Virus record (IMG/VR): IMGVR_UViG_3300021387_000129
Length of the DNA: 20,000 nucleotides
Strand: one strand, 5' to 3'
Source: an uncultured virus (IMG/VR IMGVR_UViG_3300021387_000129)
Lineage: Duplodnaviria > Heunggongvirae > Uroviricota > Caudoviricetes
Numbering within the stretch: position 1 is the first letter of the stretch; the number at the start of each line of letters is the position of its first letter. Positions 7,345-13,034 of this stretch are shown here, in pieces. The notes under the pieces are model-generated. The model saw nothing but the letters and a program-made list of their open reading frames with translations. It was not told the origin of the DNA and ran no database searches. A program made the position numbers and the translations under genes.

Positions 7345-7497
7345 TCACTCAAACATATCATGATAACTCAGCGTACCATCTATCAGCTCCTTTCTGATGT
7401 CCTCAATCTCGGAAATAACACCTGCGACCGTTACTACTATAGTAGGTCGTTCAGGTTCCTTCACCTCAACCTTGACATCGTCACCAGAGTTTTCCAT
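7345..7497 (-). CDS. 50-aa acidic protein, not in the ORF track (cassette cargo)
   Basis: Hand-translated MENSGDDVKVEVKEPERPTIVVTVAGVISEIEDIRKELIDGTLSYHDMFE; GGAGGTG RBS; fills the space between motif and terminator. Confidence 0.7.
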   Translation of the reverse strand: MENSGDDVKVEVKEPERPTIVVTVAGVISEIEDIRKELIDGTLSYHDMFE

Positions 7498-7522
7498 ACA
7501 GGGTCACCTCCTCATAATACGT

Positions 7523-7584
7523 CTATTATGAGAGATGTTTCTATTGCGAAAGAAAAAAGTAAGGGCCATGCATAAGCACAGCCC
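7523..7584 (-). promoter_or_regulatory. junction: type C terminator, T-tract, TCGCA motif
   Basis: Hairpin identical to 5794-5815, then TCGCA ATAGA AACA TCTCT CATAAT AG. Confidence 0.75.
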
Positions 7585-7590
7585 AATAAG

Positions 7591-7920
7591 TTACTTGTCC
7601 TGTTCTGTGAATACAAACAACACCATCGCTAATAAAGCGATAACGTATTCTTTATCTTTTAGTCCATACTCTCCAGTTTCATCATACCGAAAACTCGATA
7701 ATTCGATTGAGTGATCTCCACTGACCAAGCACAACGTATACGCTGGCAACTCCAGTTCTTCATTCCACCGTTTGCCAACATAATACCTCATGTCTTCGTA
7801 AATTTTACACGAAATCGATTCATCTTCCGTTTTTGGTTGAAGTTCTGCCTCATCCAAAGCTTGAATACATTCTCTGATGTCTTTCATGTATTCATCCAAA
7901 ATGTCATCGTTCTTTTCCAT
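7591..7920 (-). CDS. acidic hypothetical protein (cassette cargo)
   Basis: AAGGAG RBS; start at 7920 or 7929. Confidence 0.75.
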   Translation of the reverse strand: MEKNDDILDEYMKDIRECIQALDEAELQPKTEDESISCKIYEDMRYYVGKRWNEELELPAYTLCLVSGDHSIELSSFRYDETGEYGLKDKEYVIALLAMVLFVFTEQDK

Positions 7921-7955
7921 ACAAAACACTCCTTATTTTTTTGTAACCTTTCGGT

Positions 7956-7982
7956 TCATTATAAGGATTGTTCCTACTGCGA
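7956..7982 (-). promoter_or_regulatory. TCGCA-N5-AACA motif
   Basis: TCGCA GTAGG AACA ATCCT TATAAT GA. Confidence 0.75.
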
Positions 7983-8007
7983 GCTCCGCACCCCTTCACT
8001 ACGTTTA

Positions 8008-8044
8008 GCGGGAAAAAAGAAAGGCCCCGTGTTTCCACGAAGCC
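8008..8044 (-). terminator. type D terminator followed by T-tract-CCGC
   Basis: GGC-TT-CGTG-GAAA-CACG-GG-GCC TTTCTTTTTT CCCGC. Confidence 0.75.
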
Positions 8045-8051
8045 CCTTTGA

Positions 8052-8276
8052 TCACTTCTTTCGTTTTATGACCATCGAATAGAGACCCATCTTGCTCAAT
8101 TCAACACACCTCCTCAATGCTCCTTTTAACGTTCTCTTCTGAGGCAGCAGAATATCGACCGGATAGCACTCAGCCTCCGGATTCACATCCGGTAAACCTT
8201 CCTCCCGGGCGACAATCATCGCCTCTTTTTCATTTTCAACCAACACTGAATTCTGGTATTTCTTGAATAGATGCAT
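8052..8276 (-). CDS. hypothetical protein (cassette cargo)
   Basis: AAGGAGG RBS before MHLFKKY; the upstream part of the track ORF is antisense to the tRNA fragment. Confidence 0.7.
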   Translation of the reverse strand: MHLFKKYQNSVLVENEKEAMIVAREEGLPDVNPEAECYPVDILLPQKRTLKGALRRCVELSKMGLYSMVIKRKK

Positions 8277-8290
8277 CAGCATCCCTCCTT

Positions 8291-8317
8291 TCATTAAAAG
8301 GGATGTTTCTACTGCGA
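8291..8317 (-). promoter_or_regulatory. TCGCA-N5-AACA motif
   Basis: TCGCA GTAGA AACA TCCCT TTTAAT GA. Confidence 0.75.
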
Positions 8318-8406
8318 AAAAAATAGGCAAAAATTTTGGTGTATGTACAGATCGCGGTCTCTTCCTGGCTGTTCCATGGATAAGGCCTTGCGCGGTAATG
8401 TTTCTG

Positions 8407-8454
8407 TCCTTGGTAAGGATGAGGTCGCCGGTTCGAATCCGGCCATCAGCTCCA
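8407..8454 (+). other. attP core: 3' half of tRNA-Thr(GGT)
   Basis: Anticodon loop TTGGTAA, T-arm GCCGG-TTCGAAT-CCGGC, CATCAGC-T-CCA; no 5' half; adjacent to the integrase. Confidence 0.85.
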
Positions 8455-8456
8455 CG

Positions 8457-8494
8457 ACCTGAAGCACGTTGTATCAATGGGCTTCGGGTTTTTT
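8457..8494 (+). terminator. terminator downstream of the reconstituted tRNA
   Basis: ACCTGAAGC...GCTTCGGGT plus T-tract. Confidence 0.6.
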
Positions 8495-8498
8495 GTTA

Positions 8499-9722
8499 TT
8501 ATCCTGTAGACTCCTCGGAAGATCTCATACTTTGAGAATTGTCCAGTGTTTTGTCCGGTTGAGGGTCATTCATGACGAGTCTGACGCTCTCAAATAATTC
8601 GGTTCTGTACTTCACATAGCGTTTCTCTGTTATGTCGCTCTTGGAATGACCAAGCATGCGTGAAATAACGTCCACAGGAATGCCTGATTCACGCCATTCA
8701 GTAGCACACGTATCACGAAAATCATGTGCTGTGTATTGCTGCAAGTCAAATTGGCACCTGATCCGGTTAAATTCCCGCTTAGCCTCTGAATAAGATAGCG
8801 GAGTTTCCCGTTTACCCTCATCCAGATAGCTGCTGAGAATAAAACCAGTAGCATACTTCGGCTTTAATGTCTCCCATACGACTTTTGGCAAGGGAATTTC
8901 CCTGTCGCTCGTCTTGGATTTTGGTGGTTTGATCTCTGGCTGATTCCTCGTTGGATGAACAACAGCCCTTTGAATATGCACCCAGCCCGTCTGAGGATCA
9001 ATATCTTCCCATTTAAGACCGAGCACTTCTTCAAATCGCAGACCCAAATAACACAGGAGTACAGCCATATTCCGAGTACGACTTACAGGCATTTGCGAGA
9101 TTTGAGCTCTTACTTCTGCCATCTTTTCACGAGGTATAGCCTGATGATGCGTCGTAGCTGCCCCTCCAATTACCAGTTTCTCCGACTTCATTGGATTTCG
9201 GGAAATATGTCCATCTTCTACAGCTGAATTCAGCGCAGGAGACATGTTATTCTTGATTTTAAGCAGCGTCTCATGGGAATATCCGTCCTTCTCCAGCTGG
9301 TTAAACCACTCCTGCAATCCTGTAGTGGTGATCTGGTCTACAGGAATGCTACCCCACTTGGGAAGAATATGCTTGCTTACGATGTACGCTCTTGAACTCT
9401 TGGTTAATGACTGCTGTTTAGACTTGTAAACCTTGTTGAACTCCTGTAGATAGCTTCCAAATAAAGGTTCTTTTGGCTTTGGCTTCTCTATATGGCTGAT
9501 GATGCCAGGCATGACGGTGCCCTCCTGGAGACACAGTTGCAAATATCCTTCAAGCAGCTCCTTGAGGGTTTTGCCTGTCACCCAGCACTCTTTACCACCA
9601 ATATTCATCTGCTGCTTATAGCGCTTAGGCATGGTTTCTCCTTCTGCGCAAAGCCCTATTCCGTTTACAAGGTTCAGCAATATACCAAGGACCTGACTTT
9701 GAGTATAAAGAACCTCAGACAT
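8499..9722 (-). CDS. int: tyrosine recombinase / phage integrase
   Basis: Catalytic motifs GLRFEE, PKSK, HDFR, LGHS...RY; SAM-like core-binding domain; alternative start at 9632. Confidence 0.95.
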   Translation of the reverse strand: MSEVLYTQSQVLGILLNLVNGIGLCAEGETMPKRYKQQMNIGGKECWVTGKTLKELLEGYLQLCLQEGTVMPGIISHIEKPKPKEPLFGSYLQEFNKVYKSKQQSLTKSSRAYIVSKHILPKWGSIPVDQITTTGLQEWFNQLEKDGYSHETLLKIKNNMSPALNSAVEDGHISRNPMKSEKLVIGGAATTHHQAIPREKMAEVRAQISQMPVSRTRNMAVLLCYLGLRFEEVLGLKWEDIDPQTGWVHIQRAVVHPTRNQPEIKPPKSKTSDREIPLPKVVWETLKPKYATGFILSSYLDEGKRETPLSYSEAKREFNRIRCQFDLQQYTAHDFRDTCATEWRESGIPVDVISRMLGHSKSDITEKRYVKYRTELFESVRLVMNDPQPDKTLDNSQSMRSSEESTG

Positions 9723-9878
9723 GAAGTCAACTCCTGTAATTCATGAAAATAGCCGGAACCCCACCAAACCGGCTGATCCCGCCGAACTCATCTCCAACCT
9801 GCACGTCGACAAAGGCTCTCATCCCGGCTGCGAGACAAAAAGTTATCGGGTTGGATAAGAGAAAGGACTACTCCGAAA

Positions 9879-9968
9879 TGCTGATGCCGGGGATCGAACC
9901 CAGACTGTTCCATGCCAGTAAAGAAGAAAGGAGATCGTGAAAAACTTCGCTGGCATTAACACATCAGC
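9879..9968 (-). ncRNA. tRNA-scaffold RNA with anti-SD loop
   Basis: 7-bp acceptor GCTGATG/CATCAGC; T-arm CTGGG-TTCGATC-CCCGG; D and anticodon arms replaced by TGCCAG..CTGGCA hairpin with loop CACGATCTCCTTTCTT. Confidence 0.65.
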
Positions 9969-10001
9969 AAAAATAAAAGAGCCATGCGTATGCACAGCTC
10001 T
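9969..10001 (-). terminator. GU-wobble terminator
   Basis: AGAGC-TG-TGC-ATAC-GCA-TG-GCTCT plus T-tract. Confidence 0.75.
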
Positions 10002-10028
10002 ATGAGAATGATTAACCAAGAACCTTCT

Positions 10029-10181
10029 TCATTTATGTTCACACTCCTTTTTTCCATCCATAACAGTATTGATCGCATTCATGATTGCGGTCTGCAATGT
10101 ATCTGCCTCGATAAGGTCTGCGTACTTCACGATAAGGTAAAATTCTTCTCCAGAAAACTCAATGCAGATTTTCTCGTTCAT
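10029..10181 (-). CDS. small hypothetical protein, possibly ribbon-helix-helix
   Basis: GGAGG RBS before MNEKICIEFS; strand-helix-helix pattern. Confidence 0.55.
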   Translation of the reverse strand: MNEKICIEFSGEEFYLIVKYADLIEADTLQTAIMNAINTVMDGKKECEHK

Positions 10182-10209
10182 GATGCCTCCATAATACATG
10201 GTAATTTTG

Positions 10210-10414
10210 ATGCGGGTGAGGATTTGCACCTCACATAGCTGTTCATCTCAGAGCCATGCTTTACGATCTCCGCAATAAGATCATCATAGCACACAGCCTT
10301 GCCATAAGCGTCTACTGATGCAACCGGACTCCGCAGACTTAATTGCGCCATCTGTTTCTGTCTGTACGCACCTGGGCTTCTCTCTTTCTAGCCACATCTA
10401 TTCCGCCACCGCAT
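10210..10414 (-). ncRNA. expanded class-II-tRNA-like RNA (~205 nt)
   Basis: ATGCGG/CCGCAT stem; TGGCGGAATAG...GTAGACGC D-arm with large stem insertion; T-arm GTGAGG-TGCAAAT-CCTCAC. Confidence 0.6.
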
Positions 10415-10433
10415 TTAAGGCGTTATTTAAAAA

Positions 10434-10557
10434 ATGGCTTCCGTACAGCACGGACTCAAACCGTGTGCTTCGCCGCTGTTAACGTCCACGGAAGACGGTC
10501 ATGAGGCAGGCACCCGCCCCTGTACGGATTCACACTTCCTTTCTGAGTGTTAGCCAT
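10434..10557 (-). ncRNA. cloverleaf-containing structured RNA
   Basis: Outer stem ATGGCT/AGCCAT; 9-bp TCCGTACAG/CTGTACGGA; T-arm-like CACGG-TTTGAGT-CCGTG; T-tract. Confidence 0.55.
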
Positions 10558-10621
10558 AAACGTGTTATTTTGTATAGCTTGAAACAAAAATCCGGTCAAT
10601 CATCCTATCCACTGTCTTTCT

Positions 10622-10696
10622 TTATTTTTCTGCATTAAGAATTGCTCCAACAATGGACACTATTAACGCAATAATCGATATGATTAAAAACATCAT
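10622..10696 (-). CDS. 24-aa hydrophobic peptide
   Basis: MMFLIISIIALIVSIVGAILNAEK, GAGGGGTG RBS. Confidence 0.45.
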   Translation of the reverse strand: MMFLIISIIALIVSIVGAILNAEK

Positions 10697-10702
10697 CCCG
10701 TC

Positions 10703-10873
10703 TCACCCCTCTTTGCAACTGTCATTCTTTTTAAGCCATTCCATCACAACCATCCGTACAAGCCCAGAAACCGTCATACCACGTTTGGCCGCTTTTGCTT
10801 TCAGATGATTCAGCACAGCCGGAGAGAAAAAGACATTGATTCGCTCAGAGTTTTCTGGCGATTTAGGGGACAT
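10703..10873 (-). CDS. ribbon-helix-helix (CopG/Arc-like) DNA-binding protein, 56 aa
   Basis: Hand-translated ERINVFFSPAVLNHLKAKAAKRGMTVSGLVRMVVMEWL; GGAGGTG RBS. Confidence 0.75.
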   Translation of the reverse strand: MSPKSPENSERINVFFSPAVLNHLKAKAAKRGMTVSGLVRMVVMEWLKKNDSCKEG

Positions 10874-10894
10874 AATACCACCTCCTCAGATAAT

Positions 10895-10923
10895 ATTGTA
10901 TCACCCTTTTATCATCATGTAAA
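10895..10923 (-). promoter_or_regulatory. sigma70/SigA-type promoter
   Basis: TTTACA-17 nt-TACAAT with extended TG, upstream of the RHH gene. Confidence 0.6.
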
Positions 10924-10926
10924 GTG

Positions 10927-11013
10927 TTATTTAAATACCGATCCGTTCCCGACAAGTATCCCGCCAACGAAGCAGCAGATACACACCAACGCCCATGCTA
11001 TTTCTTGCGTCAT
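10927..11013 (-). CDS. 28-aa membrane peptide
   Basis: MTQEIAWALVCICCFVGGILVGNGSVFK, GAGGTG RBS. Confidence 0.45.
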   Translation of the reverse strand: MTQEIAWALVCICCFVGGILVGNGSVFK

Positions 11014-11024
11014 CTTGCACCTCT

Positions 11025-11453
11025 TCAAATCTGTTGCGCCAAATACTTCATCAGTTCTGCATTACCTTCTTTAATCTTGTCGTTGTCTCCTAAATTACCA
11101 TATGTCGACAGCACTAGCAGGAATTTGCATATAGCCACCAATCCAGCATGCAAATTTTCCTGGCCTTTCGCAGCATCTGAAATAAGCCGTTCATGGTTAT
11201 CCAGACGTTGCTTATCCCTACCTAAATTCTTTTCGATCTCCTTGAATCGTGGTTCCAGCTTTTCAATGACCTTCTGGCTCACCTGTTCAGCGAAATCTGG
11301 TTTTTGCGCTTCATTACGATCTCTTCTCCGTTGAATAATCGTATGAATGGCGTCATAAACCCTGTATCCAATTAAAAATAACAGTCCAATGGCAACAACC
11401 CCATAAATCGTTGTCCACAGAACATCTGGCGTGAACCCCTCTACCGTAGGCAC
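11025..11453 (-). CDS. membrane-anchored coiled-coil protein (lysis-region type)
   Basis: N-terminal TM plus coiled coil. Confidence 0.75.
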   Translation of the reverse strand: MPTVEGFTPDVLWTTIYGVVAIGLLFLIGYRVYDAIHTIIQRRRDRNEAQKPDFAEQVSQKVIEKLEPRFKEIEKNLGRDKQRLDNHERLISDAAKGQENLHAGLVAICKFLLVLSTYGNLGDNDKIKEGNAELMKYLAQQI

Positions 11454-11472
11454 CCGTCATCACTCCCTCGTG

Positions 11473-11724
11473 TTAAAAATGCGGGAACTGATTCATGAGA
11501 TTCTGAATCTGTTCATTGGAAATATTCCTGGTTTGCTGTAAATACTGCAGGATCTGATTCGGATCTCCCATAATCTCGTTCGGAATATCCGGGAATGCCT
11601 GTCTCACGAATTGCTGCGGGTTCCTCATAGCCTGAAATAAGCTGTTCACCTTCTGGATTGGATTCATCGGTCCCTGCTGTGGTCTCGCGCCTCCCATGAG
11701 CATATTATACAGCGGATTAGGCAT
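11473..11724 (-). CDS. Q/M/P-rich conserved phage hypothetical protein
   Basis: MPNPLYNML...NPQQFV...DPNQILQYL. Confidence 0.75.
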   Translation of the reverse strand: MPNPLYNMLMGGARPQQGPMNPIQKVNSLFQAMRNPQQFVRQAFPDIPNEIMGDPNQILQYLQQTRNISNEQIQNLMNQFPHF

Positions 11725-12166
11725 TATTCTCAACCCCATTCTTCAGCTTGCGAATCTCTTCCCTAATCCCTTCAATATCTTCTTTGGTGGCGTAATTCCC
11801 ATGGCTCATACCATTAGTACCAGAAGCCCCATTCAAAAGCTGCTGATTCTGCTGCTCAGGCATCTCATACTTCAGCCTCTGCAGCGGATTCGGAATACCC
11901 ATGGGCCCCCAGCTTTTCAGCCAAATAACCGTGTCCGTGCTGTCCCAAAGCGGGATAGGCTGGTTCGCAGGGAGTCCGGCAGGCATCTGGAAAGCCTTGG
12001 CACCAACTTCTCCTTCAACCCACTCCATTGGCTTCAGCTGCATAGGCGCGGCACTCTGCTGATAATTGGGAGCAGGCTGCTGAGCATAACTTTGTTGGTA
12101 AGGATATGCATTCGGCTGATAGGCCGTGGACGGATAGATGTTATACGGGTTGTAGTAATTAGCCAT
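11717..12166 (-). CDS. conserved phage hypothetical protein (Y/Q-rich N-terminus)
   Basis: AAGGAGGT RBS; WVEGEVGAKAF...LWDS...YATKEDI pattern. Confidence 0.8.
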   Translation of the reverse strand: MANYYNPYNIYPSTAYQPNAYPYQQSYAQQPAPNYQQSAAPMQLKPMEWVEGEVGAKAFQMPAGLPANQPIPLWDSTDTVIWLKSWGPMGIPNPLQRLKYEMPEQQNQQLLNGASGTNGMSHGNYATKEDIEGIREEIRKLKNGVENNA

Positions 12167-12180
12167 AGAAATACCTCCTT

Positions 12181-12375
12181 TTAATCATTGAGTGGACACC
12201 AGAATGGTTTTTCTTTTTCATGATAGTATATGTTTATTAAGTGTACTTCACACGGACAGCCTTCGCATTTGTTCATTTCAGGTTTGCTCTCCAAGTTTTC
12301 AGTCGGTCTCTTGTATAACAATTTACCAGTTTTACTGTATACACTTTCTAAATCCAACAATTCATAATGCGCCAC
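12181..12375 (-). CDS. small Cys-containing hypothetical protein
   Basis: CEGCPC...WCPL; AAGGAG RBS. Confidence 0.55.
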   Translation of the reverse strand: MAHYELLDLESVYSKTGKLLYKRPTENLESKPEMNKCEGCPCEVHLINIYYHEKEKPFWCPLND

Positions 12376-12396
12376 TGACTAACTATCTCCTTTTAC

Positions 12397-12573
12397 TTAA
12401 TCGCACCACGTGTAAATTACGTATTGACATATTTCCCACAGGTTATCGAGGGTAATATTTTCATTTCCTTTCCAATTACAATCATCATGCATTCGTTCAT
12501 TCCACTCTTCTTTTGACATTTCTTTTTCAAGATAGCACAGTCCATTTTCTACCAAATGTTCTAAATTACTCAT
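12397..12573 (-). CDS. 58-aa hypothetical protein
   Basis: Hand-translated MSNLEHLVENG...YVIYTWCD; AGAAAGGAG RBS. Confidence 0.65.
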   Translation of the reverse strand: MSNLEHLVENGLCYLEKEMSKEEWNERMHDDCNWKGNENITLDNLWEICQYVIYTWCD

Positions 12574-12602
12574 CGGCTATATCATCTCCTTTCTAATAAG
12601 TT

Positions 12603-12690
12603 AAAGAAAAAAGAGAAAGGCGTGCATTAATCCGAATTCTCAGATTTGCCTTTCTCTCCCTCTCTATTTAGAGCGTTGTTTTTACTGCGA
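12603..12690 (-). other. empty cassette / small RNA: motif, hairpin, T-tract
   Basis: TCGCA GTAAA AACA ACGCT CTAAAT AG (12664-12690); stem AGAGAAAGGC/GCCTTTCTCT. Confidence 0.6.
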
Positions 12691-12734
12691 GTTTTTAGAC
12701 TTGTTTAATTAACGATTGTGATTTAAAGTGTTAT

Positions 12735-12872
12735 TTAATAAAACTTCTTTTTTCGTGTTTTTCCACACAGGTTGCACTTGCACAAAAACACGCCGACGTG
12801 TAAACCAGAATAGTCCCAATAATCATAAATTGGCTTGTCAGTTATCTTATGCCATTTGTGAATACAAAACAT
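12735..12872 (-). CDS. 45-aa zinc-ribbon-like protein
   Basis: MFCIHKW...CKCNLCGKTRKKKFY; AGGAG RBS. Confidence 0.65.
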   Translation of the reverse strand: MFCIHKWHKITDKPIYDYWDYSGLHVGVFLCKCNLCGKTRKKKFY

Positions 12873-12883
12873 TTGTTAATCTC

Positions 12884-13003
12884 CTATTTTGGTTTCTTTT
12901 CGCAATAGTCCCTAAACGGACACCATGAACAAGCAAACGACCGTGCAGGGCAATCCGTATCGGGACTATCTATCGTAATGGGAGAAAATCCTTCTCCAAT
13001 CAT
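12884..13003 (-). CDS. 39-aa Cys-rich peptide
   Basis: MIGEGFSP...CPARSFACSWCPFRDYCEKKPK; GGTGGTG RBS. Confidence 0.5.
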   Translation of the reverse strand: MIGEGFSPITIDSPDTDCPARSFACSWCPFRDYCEKKPK

Positions 13004-13034
13004 TGCACATCACCACCTTTGTTAATGTGTTATT

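Noticed and set aside
501..8317. CRISPR array interpretation of the repeated hairpins
   Set aside because: Repeats are separated by hundreds of bases containing ORFs, and no cas genes are present
8380..8454. Complete tRNA-Thr gene
   Set aside because: No 5' acceptor strand or D-arm upstream of the anticodon arm
8499..9722. Classical integron (IntI with attC sites)
   Set aside because: The protein looks like a phage integrase beside a tRNA attP; the repeats lack RYYYAAC/GTTRRRY attC boxes
9829..9833. Extra TCGCA hits (also 7423-7427)
   Set aside because: They lack the AACA and downstream T-R-R at the fixed spacing
10434..10528. tRNA-Sec or tRNA-Arg(CCG)
   Set aside because: No TCA anticodon; the 9+5 stem geometry and extra linkers do not fit a functional tRNA
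9740..10560. Hammerhead or pistol ribozyme in the RNA cluster
   Set aside because: No CUGAUGA/GAAA core or pistol consensus found by eye
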